From assembly GCA_973895155.1 (NCBI GenBank), contig OZ316896.1:2170001-2234000 (forward strand): a DNA stretch of 64,000 nucleotides, read 5' to 3'. Shown here piece after piece: positions 51,017-64,000 of the stretch (position 1 is the stretch's first letter; each line of letters opens with the position of its first letter). Below the pieces are notes generated by a model. It worked only from the letters and a program-made list of their open reading frames with translations, was not told where the DNA came from and searched no databases. The DNA comes from Marsupella aquatica. Its lineage: Eukaryota; Plantae; Marchantiophyta. Both the position numbers and the translations under genes were made by a program.

Positions 51017-52159
51017 TAGGACTGGGAGCTAGTTAAATAGAATTGTACAGTATAGAATTGTACCATCTATTTACGATATTCACGCATTCCGGCTAATTAT
51101 GTGAAATCGTACGTCAGTTGAGGCCCCTAGTTCGCATGATCATCAGTTGAGGCCCCGAGTTTTCATGATCAATCCGAAACGCTGTCACCATGAGGTGGAA
51201 AGTCAGGCCCAGCCGTAGTGCCTGCCTACCTTTACAAATTGGAACTTTTGAAAAATCCACCAAATTCTGAGGTGACAAGAATCTCTAGTCAGGAGCACTC
51301 CTGAAGGGTGGCCTACAAGAGAATAAATGGGGACATCGGACTGAATTTTCAACCTAACCAGCCTAATTACCCCTGTCTTCCTCGTAACCGTTGTAGCTAT
51401 GTAACAAGAAGTTTTCAGTTCCACCACAGTAGTAATGTAACAAGCTTCACTCTAGATGTGTGTAAGAGTCCAGTTCCACCCCGACTGTGTGGAGAAGACG
51501 CAAAAGGCCGATGGACATGTCATCGACGATTGACAAAGACAAGTAAAAGACAGAATTCACCGGTCGGCAGCGAAAGATTCAACGTTGATGGATTTGCAGT
51601 TAATGTGACAATTCCCTCGGATGCCTGAGCTACTACAGACCCATCTATTTCCAGGTCCTACAGCATTCCATTGTACACTCTGAACAGACAATCCACTTTG
51701 ACGACACGCACGAACTGACAATCGGTCAATTTATCCTTAAAAACAGAGAAAAATCGCAGGCACCTTCCGCCGCTAAATTTATTGTCACAGGCTTACAGCT
51801 CATCACATTTTGTGGTGGCCTCTTTGAGTTTCAAATGGATTCTCCGTTACATCAAGTTGTCGAATGTCATAGTAAACATTTCCAATTCCATTCGCTTGCC
51901 CAAAATCTCTGATCCTCTACCGTTCTCTCCGTGCTAAATTGTACCTACTGTGTGCCATGGTACTGAGCGCCTGCCAAAACTACCTCTATTGTCTCTACGT
52001 TCTGGAATAGCGACGGCAGACCTCGACGTTAAGGTTTGCCTTGTCGCCGTTGGGCTTATTGGCTGTCAGATGTGACGGTGCCAAGCGAACCCGGTCTGCA
52101 TCACGGCCTTCAACAAAATGGAAAAATTGGGGGCTCCTTTTTCTTAAGTGAAGCTCCAT

Positions 52160-55100
52160 CTATACATGTCCATTTGCTGCGGCCTGTCCATTCCCATTTG
52201 CCGTGGCCTTCACATATCCATTTGCAGTGATTTTGACGTGTCCATTTGCATGTCCATTTGCTCCAGCCGGAACATGGCCGTTTTCTGTGTCCCTCAAATA
52301 TGCATCGAGCTGTCCTGAAGCAGCCATGACTAGACCTGCACAGAGAGACAAGTCAGAGTTTCTCCCGAACAATTCCCCATTCTTCTTAAAAGTTGAATCG
52401 CAAGAACCCGAAGTGATTCCTACTACGCGTAAGATTTTGTGATGTATGGACAGCATCTCACAAACCTAGAAAGACTGCAGAAGGTTTGACAGGTCGGGAC
52501 TTGAACTCCGGATGGAACTGAACCGCCACATAATATGGATGCCCGGGATATTCCATAATCTGAAATGGAAAAAACTCAATTGTTCAGTTCGACATTCTAA
52601 AGAGTTTCAAAGCAACAGCGTCTAAAGAGTTCCAAAATAAATATTACTTTCGTTCTAGCTTCACCGCAGTAGATGAATTAATCTAAAACTCAGTTACTAG
52701 TCATAGCATTATGCTAAGGAACAGAGAAACCACCTCCATTCGTCGGCCTGTCTCATCCTTTCCTACAAATCGCAAGCCTGCCGCCTCAAGTTGATCAACC
52801 ATGTCTGGATTAACCTGCACAGATGATGTCCATTCGAGATTGAGAAACAAATTCAGACATTCTGCTTTTACAGAAGAAACATCGCCATATACCATCGAAA
52901 TCAAATAAGATTCTTCCTCCGATCTCAGTTCTGGGTGCAAGAGTACAGTATACAGGCAAATATTACCTCATATCGATGTCTGTGCCTTTCATCAATATGA
53001 TCAGCATGTTGATACCTGTCCCCCACACAGCATCATTATCAGAATAATCAGAGAAAGAACATTCTTCAAACAAGAACCTAATTCATGAATACTGTTCCAC
53101 ATATTCAACAGCAGACGATACATACAGTTTGGCAGTGATACAATCTCCAGTGTTTAGGAAAGTTCGGCGAGACCCAAGCCTCATTGTTCCCCCCATGTGC
53201 GTTTTGGAGACCTGCAAGTTTCAACCACAAACAGACAGAACGCATTTGCATTAACGGGTTGCTCCATCACAACCATTTGCAGTTCAACTGCCTCATCCAA
53301 AGCCTCAAATCTGCCTTTTAATGTTTCAAGCAATGTGTGCAAAAGCTCACCTCGGGCATAAATACAACGCAAGGGTGACGAGTAGCTTGATCAAACTCTG
53401 TACTGTTGGCTTCTTCTAAACCGAGCACCTGTCGAGCAAATTAACACATTGTCAACAAGAAGATATAATGTCCTGCTTTGAAAGGGCCTAAACCCTAAAC
53501 CCTACACACCTTGACAACTTCAAGATTAAAGCATGAAGTCTCATACGTCCATCTGGCCACATCTATCTTCATATATTCTACTCCAAATCGTTACCGTGAA
53601 CCAGTTATTGCACCATTCAGTGAACTGCACATGGACTTTCTGATCTCACCGAATGATACTCACCGAACGGGCAAACTCAATCACAGCAATTTGAAGACCA
53701 AGGCAAACGCCAAGGAATGGCACCCTATTCTCACGGGCATACTTTGCAGCCAATATCTTGCCTTGCACGCCCCGGTCACCAAAGCCCCCGGGAACCAATA
53801 TACCATCAGAATTCTGCGTATCCAATGACGCAAAGATTGCAACCCGAAATTAGTTCACAATTGGAAGCCGCATTCAATGACTTCTTATTGAAATTGTACT
53901 GAATATATTTTACACGTTGTTATCCTGCTCAAAGCGTTATTCCAATGAGGCGATTCCGTTGTGAAAAGAACCTGACCTTCAGTGCCTCCCAGGCTTTCGC
54001 GTGAACTTCGGGGTTCTGTCAACAGAGAAAAAGTTCCATGGCTTAGAAAAACGGAGGCAATCCACTGACAAACGATTTATTTCCACAGTCCACAATACTC
54101 ACGAGGAAGGTTTTTTTGAATGCACGATCTACCCTCTGAACTAGTAATTTGAGCTTACAATAATTCTCGGGACAATCATGACAATGTGATGATCACTTTG
54201 ACTCTCCTGCTTACAATTGATTACACGCACCAGTGTGGAGCTTACTTCATCTTTCAGACTATCCTCCAAGTCTGTTGCAGCGACCCACTGCAGAACCAAT
54301 TTCCTGGAGGCTGCGTTGGATGCATGTAATAGAGCCTGCATTCAGACGAGTATTCAATCAGACTATCTTATAGATCATTAAAATCACTCATATTCAGTAC
54401 TAACATCAACTTTTCAATGGTAGAAAGATTGGGTTCTGGAAATCGGCAGGAAGCCAAAAAGTTAGAACACCTACTTTGATGACTGAGAGATAAGAATCTG
54501 AATTCCTAGTGTACTTTCCCACCATGGCAATTTTCACCTGTAATGACAAGGAAATGCTCCGCATTCAGTACGATGCATGGAACAATGCTCTCCAATCTCT
54601 CCTGCACTCTGTAACACTCACGGAGATAAATGCTCTTCCCCCGATAAAAGACCTCCGCAAACCAGTTACACACTAAAACTGGTGCAATTGCTTACAAGAA
54701 CATACAAACGCGTTTAACTGAGGGGTAAAAAACCCATTTCGCCGAGAAAGAACACTAGAATATGGAAGGATTTAGAAGGCAAACTGAAGACATCCGGTAA
54801 CGGAATACGAAACGATTTGCTTAAATTACTTACCGGAAGCAGAAGCTTATCGCTTTCTTCAGCCATCTTGGCCCACTCACCAAGCTTCGGCTTGGGTACC
54901 TCACTGCAACAATTATTGCCATAAATTATAAGAATTTGCACCATCCGAATACAAGACAGCCCAGCTTTCGGATCTGAAGACTACGCTAAGTACTACACAT
55001 TCATGTCCTCCGTAATCTTACGTGCAACAGTTTTTGTTAAATAGGTTCATCAAAAGTCACCACTTCAACAAGAGGAAACAAATAAGCTGCTAAAAAACCC

Positions 55101-58003
55101 GAAGTCAAAAGCGACATGATAACACACCCATTGAGTAAATTAAATTTCTTCAAAATCGCCAGGTGAGCGTTCTGGTCCTGTTATGGGGACACATACAGGT
55201 GACGTCAGCTTCTCTGAAATGAAATGCAGTGTAAACAGATGATTTACAGACATCACATTCAGAGGCCTGTGTCATGCAAATCGAGGAGGATTCATACGTG
55301 AACCACGAGAGCATGGCTGACCAAACAATAATCGAGAAAATCTGACATGATGACTTACTTTCAGAAGAAGCGGAATATGCCAAATGTTGGAGACATCATA
55401 TATATTCAGGATGTTTGCCGCCTGGAATCATCAGTAAGACATTTGAGATTTTAGATTATAGAGAAGAATACTGGATACAGTGAAAACAAAGAGACGCTTC
55501 TAGTACTGTAGTACATGCACTACGCAACTGCAGATATCAGAGATTGATTGGTTTGATCCATGCTTGTGAATATCGTAGCCCATGTCGAGAGAAGTAATGA
55601 TGAAATCGTACATCCCTCATATATCAGATTATAAATCACGTATTATACATCACGTACCGGCATATGGCAAAACTGGGAGATCTTGCTTCTCGTTGCATCC
55701 TCAAGCGGCTGCCAGCACAAGACAAACAACGTCAGGTCTAATGACTTTGCGGAATTGAAAATGAATCGAACTTCTAACAAAATGGCAGCGATACCAAGAT
55801 CCACTTACCTTGGCACTTCGGATTGCCATCAAATCGGCATTCAACCCCAAGGCCCGGAGCATGCGCACACTATGTTGATTGGGGTTCGAACTTCTAAAAT
55901 TATGGCCACGATACCAAGATCCACATACCTTGGCACTTCGGATAGCCATCAAATCGGCCGTCAAACCCAAGGACCGGAGTTCTCGCACACTATGTTGAGT
56001 GGGCTTCGTCTTCTGTTTAACATTAGAAAATTAAAATTAAAACAGCACGATTCAATCTCATGAAAGAAAACCCTAGTTCTCATAAGCTCTACAGATTCCG
56101 TGTTCTCTTTAATTGACTTATAATTCCAGATCACTGGCTAAAATACTCCCAAAGTAGGACTGGAACCGTCCTACTATACAAGGTTCTCGAGAGGGAACAA
56201 TAAAAATCTAGGTTTCTCTAGGGTTCAGTAGCGTTTACATGGCTAGTTACACTCGCCAAACTTCACGCTAGTGGATTCCCGAAAACATTTGTGCTTGTAA
56301 TCCCTCTGCCTAACCAAACCAATTCAACTCATGTACTACAGAAGGCTGGATAAAAGAGATGCTAAAAACAAACAATTAATAGTCCAGGAGGACCAGGACC
56401 ACGAACCTGCTCTCCCACAACGCCAAGGACGGGCACAAGGCTGACATGAACCAGCACGATGTTCTCCGAACCTGTCAGCGCAATGTTTTCGCAGGCGAAA
56501 TTAGGCAGCCCGACCCGACTAGCGCAGTTAACGATCTTGTGAGTAATCTTGGTCGTATACCGTAACACCAAACTCACTAAAACATCTATCGTCCAGTCGT
56601 TGAACGACAACTAGAACATGGTACTACTTACGACACCTCTGATAAGACTTTAAAGCTCCCAGGTGCACATACGAAAATTAAATGCAAGTTGCGGTGACCA
56701 GTTTGGAGCGTACCAACGCGGGCTTGAAATTGGCTGATAGCTTCGAAAAACGGCATGGATTCAATGTCGCCTGAAGTAGACAGACCCGAGCAGTGTATCA
56801 GCGGCTAAGAGAGCAGTACCAGTGGCATCAACGGGAAACAGAGAACAACACCATGTTGAGGGGTTTGTGAGAAGTTCAATTTACCGACGGTGCCGCCAAG
56901 CTCAATGACACACACGTCTGGTTCGCCATCTTTTCCATCCACCGGGATTTTCGCAACTCTCTCGATCCAATCCTGAATAGCATCTGTGATGTGAGGGACC
57001 ACCTGAACATTACAATCACAAGCTTTATCATCATACAAGAGCTCAAATGGATGCCCGTACACTGCCACGGTAATGTGGTCGCAAGTAGCGCCCTGAAAAT
57101 GAGCTGCTGTAAAATCTGGGCACAGACTTTAACAGTCTTCATTGACGGCGTCTCAAAGCAGATGTCCGACCCCTTGAAAAGAGCATATAACTTTCGCACA
57201 GCCCCCGAAGAAAAGCCACTCATAAATGTGTTTACAAAACCGATCACAGAGAAACAAGGATAACGTGAATTGGGAGAAGACAGCACATAATAGCGGGGCA
57301 CACCTGTACAGTTTTCCCCAAAAAGTCACCTCGCCGCTCCTTGTCGATGACAGACTGCGCAAACCAGCGCATGTCACTCAAAGAAACCCAAACTGTGCAA
57401 CGAGCAAATCGACCTCATCGTGCTGGCATTGAGGCAGACACAATGATGCAGTTGATGCTGTGACATTCGGAGATATTGGAGGAATTCTGTACCTGATATA
57501 TCTTACCGGTCGTAATATTATTATCCCTCGTCAACGTAACGTCCAAAAAGCGCTCGTAATTTCCCAAATCGAGATCCACCTTCAATCAAAAGACGGATGT
57601 CAGAGCCATGAGACGAGTAATGACAATTCCGAATAGGAAGGGAGAAAAAAGGTCAATGGAGGGGAATTGGGAGTTGAGCGACCCCGGCGTGGAGAGAACC
57701 TACCTCTCCGCCGTCATCGAGAACGAAAACCTCCCCATGTTCGAATGGGGACATAGTTCCCGCATCGGTGTTGAGATACGGGTCTGCAAAGACACAGAAG
57801 CACAATTGCGCCATTGAGAGATTGCTCCATTTCCCGAGACCAGATTGTGCGACGGGAAGCTTACTGAATTGATCACTCTACGCACCAATTTTGATGGACG
57901 TCACCCGGAGTCCGCATCCCTTGAGAACCACTCCAAGGCTGCTCGCCGTGACACCCTTGCCGAGTCCACTCACAACTCCCCCCGTCACAATCACGTACTT
58001 CAT
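52160..58003 (-). CDS. CTPS: CTP synthase (599 aa); exons 58003-57886, 57783-57704, 57579-57493, 57354-57304, 57002-56885, 56770-56714, 56471-56407, 56012-55929, 55708-55658, 55421-55359, 55177-55128, 54903-54834, 54537-54475, 54335-54246, 54015-53977, 53813-53664, 53428-53351, 53211-53126, 53015-52967, 52814-52734, 52559-52466, 52335-52160
   Basis: [78 protein letters not shown], catalytic [21 protein letters not shown] and QFHPEF. The exons sum to 1800 nt in frame. Confidence 0.96.
55767..56012 (-). repeat. 120-bp tandem duplication of CTPS exon 8 plus the start of its intron
   Basis: [26 protein letters not shown]|gtatgtggatcttggtatcg versus [26 protein letters not shown]|gtaagtggatcttggtatcg; the donors are exactly 120 nt apart. 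Confidence 0.93.
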
Positions 58004-59287
58004 CGAGTTCTTTTGGAGCAGGGCCGTGAAGGCCTTCAATTCACCCTTTCGAAGTAGCAGAAAAGATTCGCTTCACGCACGCAATGAGCAACGCCTCCTC
58101 TTCCTGGACTGCGGTTCCAGAGCGAAGTGAGGAATCTCTCTAGCAAAATTGTGGTCCGTTAGTCCGTCAGTCCGCAGGGAGATATCGCACGGACCGGGCG
58201 ATATTCTTAAAAAAAATTCAGTTGGTCTTTAGACCATGATGACAAGAGTCCCGATTGCCGCAGAGACGTGAACTGCAAGAGCCAGCCACCATTGCAGAAA
58301 TTTCAGTACTTCAAATTCAAAGATCACTGAATGCTCGAAAAGCCAGCGCACAGACAGAGTCTTTGTAAGGCTAAGATTTCTGCGCTGAGCTTTTGACAAA
58401 ATGCTGAAACCAAATGCGACAGGTCAACGAAATCAAGACAAAGTGCAAGTCGAGCGACGATTTCTTTGCGGCAGCTGGACTAAAACGCTTCGACCTAACT
58501 GCGAGCAACTTGTACGAACGAGACAGAATGCAAATTCCTAGAGCTAAGCTGAGAATGCTGCGTGGAGCTTCAACAAAATGCTTCGACCTACTCTAGTCAG
58601 TCGCGAACGAATTGACGAATCAAACGAGCGCTCCCATAGACTGAGCGCGAGAAGAAGAGAGCACAAAGACAGCTAACGCTCCTGCACCGCCAGCACAACA
58701 ACGAGAGATGCCGCTACTGCGCCACCGCTACTGCCACATCCCGCGTTTTCGTGCCCCGACTACACTACACTTCCGGCCAATTACTCTGTAAAGCTTCCAC
58801 TCAGGTGATGCGGCCCGCGCTCTCTTTCTGCTAGAGCTCCACTTCGTCTTCTTGTGGCCAGACCTCACTCGGGCCTGCGCGCCCGCCTCCCTCCGGATGG
58901 TGGTCAACGAGTATAGGAGCTCCACCTCCAGTAGTCTCCTTGCAGCCGGAGTTGCAGAGCTTGTAGAGTGAGTTACGAGGCATAACCCACTCCGACAATT
59001 CGCTCCTACTGTTGTTCTAAAAAACGGAGCAAAATCTCTGTTGCCGAGTTCTTTTAGGGCAGTCGACGCAGCAACGACGATCTTCCCCTTTTCAGAGTGT
59101 GGCGGACGGAAACTAACGAGAACCAGAACGGCACTGCAGACTTGTCGAGAGGAGCAAATCTCTGTTGGCGAGTTTCTTTTGCAGCAGTGCGGAGTGGTGC
59201 GGAGTGTGGAGTGGAGGCAAATCTCTGTTGCGGAGTTTTTTTTGGAGCAATTGAGGGAGTGATCTGCCCTTTTTGAAGTGGCGGGCA

Positions 59288-59325
59288 CGAGACGAGGCGA
59301 GACGAGACAAGACGAGACGAGACGA
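59288..59325. repeat. (CGAGA)n pentanucleotide microsatellite
   Basis: cgagacgaggcgagacgagacaagacgagacgagacgag. Confidence 0.75.
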
Positions 59326-59468
59326 GTGGGAGAGAGGACGACTGATGATGCCTCGGGAAAATCTCCCACTGCCTCCACTACTACAGTACCTCCTCCACTG
59401 TCTTGTCTTGTCACTGGACTCGTCAATCGTCATTCTCTTGCTCTACTCACTACTACTACAACTGTAGA

Positions 59469-59780
59469 CTCCACTGTCTTGTCACTTCTCTAGTTCGTCT
59501 CCCACTTATTCTTTGTATTCCTAGGTTCCACTGTCTTGTCACTACTACTGTAGTTTAGTTTGTCACCCTCTTATTCTTTGTATTCCTAGGTTCCACTGTC
59601 TTGTCACTGCTGTAGTTTAGTTTGTCACCCTCTTATTCTTTGTATTCCTAGGTTCGCACACAAAACAATTAGTTCGAGTACCTCTTGGTTACATAAATTT
59701 GATCTTATTCAATAATTTGTATTCTTAAGTTTGCACACAAAACAATTAGTTTGAGTATCTCTTGGTTATGTAAATTTGAT
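59469..59780. repeat. Tandem repeats upstream of CTPS (~55-65 bp x3 and ~77 bp x2)
   Basis: tccactgtcttgtcact...cttattctttgtattcctagg three times; gcacacaaaacaattagtt.gagta.ctcttggtta..taaatttgat twice. Confidence 0.85.
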
Positions 59781-61551
59781 GTTAGAATTTTTAATTACGG
59801 ACCCCACTAGAGGTCATTTCCAAAATTCCTGGCACCACAGCGTGCCACGTCAACAACAACCGTAACAAACAAAACTTGTCAATTTTGTGAATCAAATTTA
59901 TAGTTTTCATTCGTGTTTGTGTCAATTTGGGTATAAATTTTGGGACGTCGTGCCGTAAAAAGAAAAATAAAAACCTTGGAAATGCAAAGAACAAGAAAGT
60001 TAAAACTGTCACTATCTAACCATTTTAGTTATATTTTCAATTTTAAAACTTAAATTCAAAGATTTATAAAAAGTATTTTTCATATAATAAATAATGACTA
60101 ATAACTAACTTGATAATCTCCTTGTTAAATCGCAACTCCCGGTATGTAAGGACCTCTCGTATTGTACGGCCATTAATGTTGGGAAGAGCACATAGAAACG
60201 CAGGATCGGGGAAGAGGAATGGCTGGAATCTTGAAAGTTTATCTAATTTTATACTCAAAACTATTTACTCATTCTCAAAACAAAAAATATCGAGTCGTAG
60301 ATCTCATTGAGATCTTTCTTTTGCACCCTAGCTCGCCTTCTAACATGGATGAATAAGATTTCTAGAGGCATTACAAAATGGACGGCAAAGATCGTAAAAT
60401 CAACAAAATCGACGGCTAGGAAGGCTTGGATTTGTTTAATTTTTCATTTGAAAAATATTAACCCATTTGCAAAACGGACAGAACCCATCCATAGATCTAT
60501 TTGAGATCTTTCTTTTGAGCCATAGATTGGCCATTATGATGGACGGACCAGATTTTCGGAGATAAAAAATGGAGACGGCTCAGATCGACTCTTCCCCCTG
60601 ATTTTATTAGCCAAGGGGTCCACGAGCTAATTAGTTTGCCACTAAAGATTTTCTAATTCATAATAAGGTCATTGTTTTGTATGTATTTATAATGTATGTA
60701 TGTATTTTTTATGTGGATACCAAGTTTACCGAGATAACATATACAGAAACTATGATATTTTTGTAAATATAAAAAAATAGTGGTAATATTGTAAATTCAA
60801 ACATATTTAGTGACAATGTACTTAAAATCTGGTTGATGTTATTAGAACACATGAAAAGTAGCATATTATAATAGGTTTGAATATGAAGATGAGAGTGAAA
60901 AACAAATAAATTATTCATGGAATAAATGCATACACAACCTTCCTTTGGTATTCCTAATGTTCATAGAGTCTATGCAAAATGCTATAGAAGCCAAAAGATT
61001 TCTTAATTACATTCATTTGGTATTCTTTTATCCATAGTAATCAAATATTCCTTTATCCATAGTGATCCAGTTCACAAAGGACCTGTGAAAAATATAAATT
61101 ATTATTCTGGGAAATAAATAGTTTACTGTTCATGCTTACATCAAGATGCTTAGTTAGAGTTTTTTAAAATAACCGTGACAAAAGGTTTGAAACCTTACCA
61201 GCCCTTGACATGTGAATAAGTGTGCTTGTCCTGAACTGGATCGTACCAAAATTAATACCGGTGTTGCATGGCTTTTGTCAGCTCACTAGTCCTAGAACAA
61301 GTGCACAAGACATGCTCTGGTTCAATCCTTGATCACTGGAGACGATAGTGCCAAGAAGGTAAAATACTCAAAAAGTGTAGATTCGCTGAAATACATGACC
61401 AACTGGAAACACCCTCCAAGGAAAGGGGGTTCACCAAGAACAAAGGTGCATTGCTTAACTACGATGGTTACAAGGCTCCTGAAAGAATATGCGCCACTTG
61501 GATTGTGGGATGACTGGATTGTGAATGAGAATACACTAAGAATGAGAAGAA

Positions 61552-61672
61552 AGACATGAACTCCGATTTACACGACATGCTCGCCTTGACGTGGAGACCA
61601 ACAAATTTGTACTCTAGCTGTCATACCTGCGTGTACTTGTAAGACATGAACTCCGATTTACACAACATACTC
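61552..61672. repeat. ~31-bp direct repeat pair
   Basis: agacatgaactccgatttacac(g/a)acat(g/a)ctc at 61552 and 61642. Confidence 0.75.
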
Positions 61673-64000
61673 ATGTTCGCATAAACCCATTGTAGAATTC
61701 CTACCCTAAGCTTTCAAGCGTGTCAATGACTGTAAGGAAAGAGAGAATGACACGTAATTGATATTCTTGGAAAGTTTTCAATCTTCCATCTTACTTTGAA
61801 TTCTTGGAAAGAAACACAGGTTTACAGGTCATTTTGTTCACCAATTATATTCTCCGAGTGGACAATTTCGGTTATCTTAATCAAAACATACTTCTATTGC
61901 AAGACAACAAAAGAAATACCACGCATATAGAGCAGAGGTGAGGAAAAAACCAAAGCCGCAACCTTAAGTGTTTTTATATAATCGTTTTTTGGATCAGACA
62001 AAGCTCCCATCGGCAAAGCTTAATAAATTGGGTTTTCCCGCCCGAGCCACCTGGGTTTTCCCCGCCCCAGCCATCTGAATTCCCCCCTGTCCATAAACAA
62101 AAAAAAAACCATAGGCAAAAGCTTGAGAAGAGATAGAACACGAACACGTTGTCGGTTTGATCATCGAAAAAGTTCCCATCTATGACATAGAAGATAGAGG
62201 GCGTGAAATATTCCAGATAGGCATGACTATATTTATTTCTGCTGTCGATTCATATGATGAACAACTGGCATGCATGGATTCTACTTGAAGTTGGTTTCCA
62301 CTGTAGAAACTCAGGTGTAGCTTAGAGGTATGATAATACATTATAAGTATGCTAAGAGATAAGTACAATTGCTTGAGCCCATTCTTGTTAAACTAGAAAG
62401 GAATATTTGTTGAGCTCACTTCGCAGAGGTTTACATTATAAAATACCGCACTGGGATTTGCAAGGATACTGTGGCTGTTGTCATCTGCAAAAGCTATGGC
62501 CCATCTAGAAAGAATAGTCTGTGTGATGGTTTACAAGACATTGTTGTATGGGCTCAGTTTACTCTTGGCTCATGATTTGGACAGCTCAGACTCATGGTCC
62601 TACCATCTAAGTATGAAGGATTGTAAATGTTACCAAAAAGTCAATTTTGTCTTTCCAAGTGCATGAAGTGGCGTTCAGTTTCTTTATAGGGACTCCATGT
62701 TGCCATGCTATGATTCTTGCTTGTTTTGTTTCTTGGTTTTTTGGGGCACTTTAAATGTCAAAATCATCAACATTGGCAGGCGAGACAACCGCTAGCGTTA
62801 TCAGTAGAGTGAACCCATTCAACCCAAATAGTGCCTAGCTTACTCTAGCCTGGGCTTTCATCAGAGTGCTACAATAAGACAATATAGGTATGGACTCATT
62901 CCCCAGCTCGCCCTCACTGGCAATCCTCGACCAAAAACATAAGACAATGTCTCCTCTCCTCTCCTCCAAACTGTATTACCAGAAACGAACAAACAATGCA
63001 CTGTGTGACACACAGAACCCAAAAGTGTCTCTCAGTCAAATCATCCAATTATATGCTCCATCAGTCCTCAAAGAGGACAAGATTTTTGTCATTTATTTGT
63101 TATCCTAGGTCAACCCTCAAGTTTATAATTGGCAGCGGATGGGCAGCAGAGCCTTTCACTCTGCTTTTCATGCCTCAGTTCCCTGTAAGGGAATGGAATA
63201 GTGCCCTTGAATATCAACATTGATGAGTATAAAAGGTCTGACAAGTAATCTGTGGGCGTCTCACACCAAAACCATGAACACTATCTAGAATGGAAAAGTT
63301 AATATTGGTTGCAAACTGTTTACTTTGTCTCAATCAAAGCTTTGACAGGACCCGGCACAGGGACCCTGTCTTAGTTACCCTATACCCTCTCCATTGCTAC
63401 TACAGCGTGGAGTCTGCACACTCAATTTGCTTGGTAGGTAGTGAGGTTGCCACTAGAAGTTTGTTAAAGGGTCCATCTTGAAATTTGAAACAATTATGAC
63501 TTGCTTACTCAACATTTGTCCACAAGCAGCACAAAAAGTACTGAAGATACAAGTGCAGGCCAATTGTGCTGCTTGTTCAACACAATTTCTCCTCGTAGAA
63601 AGCTGATTTGCCTATCAGACAGTTGTCGCATAAACTTGAACAAAGATGTGGTAAGTGACACTCCCAGAACATAAACTTTATAGTGTAAATGATAGGCCAC
63701 AATCCAATGGAGATATAACCTACGGAGCATTGCTGGTTTCTGTATTGGTGCATCCTGGTGCGTCTAACCTTGTCATGCAATAGAGAAGGAATGACAGAAT
63801 AAAAATTGCATCAAATACATGATAAGCTATCATAGTAAAACCTAACATATCAAATGAAAGTCATGCTAAATCCAAACCAATACAAAGTGAAATGATAGAC
63901 TAGGCCAGATTTAAAAGAAAATTCAGAACTCATTCTTCTAATAAGACAAGATAAGGTAGAAGGTGTTGGCCATATAGCAACTTCAAAAGTGCGGATATAT

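Noticed and set aside
53488-53503. Interstitial telomeric repeat (cctaaaccctaaaccc) in a CTPS intron
   Set aside because: Only about two units; at most a telo-box, not supportable as a feature.
55809-55893. Mutually exclusive alternative exon in CTPS
   Set aside because: From its available AGs copy B is 85 or 82 nt, which would frameshift. Only the extended-donor reading stays in frame.
58728-59426. 232-aa minus-strand ORF upstream of CTPS
   Set aside because: Runs through microsatellite and low-complexity promoter/UTR sequence; no domain is recognisable.

Overview
Eukaryotic, intron-rich nuclear DNA of a land plant, most likely a bryophyte such as a liverwort (inferred from gene content and sequence style, not proven). 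Four host genes were reconstructed exon by exon by eye: a TIR1/AFB auxin receptor F-box gene (+, 3 exons), a plastid-type double GST-N/thioredoxin-fold gene resembling At4g10000 (-, 10 exons), a CYP704B-like P450 (+, 6 exons) and a CTP synthase (-, 22 exons). The middle holds a full-length PIF/Harbinger DNA transposon (TIRs, TTA target duplication, convergent transposase and Myb/SANT ORFs with apparent frameshifts). Next to it is a decayed Tnt1/Tork-like Ty1/copia element with only one LTR. Related LTR relics and many local tandem duplications fill the intergenic space. The most unusual observations are an in-frame 120-bp tandem duplication of the CTP synthase KTKPTQH exon with two competing donors, a ~120-bp tandem array of paired-GTAC hairpins upstream of TIR1, and several translational or splicing control candidates (uORF cluster, duplicated uORF, stop-creating NAGNAG, GC-AG intron). 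I found no evidence for a wholly new multi-gene system.
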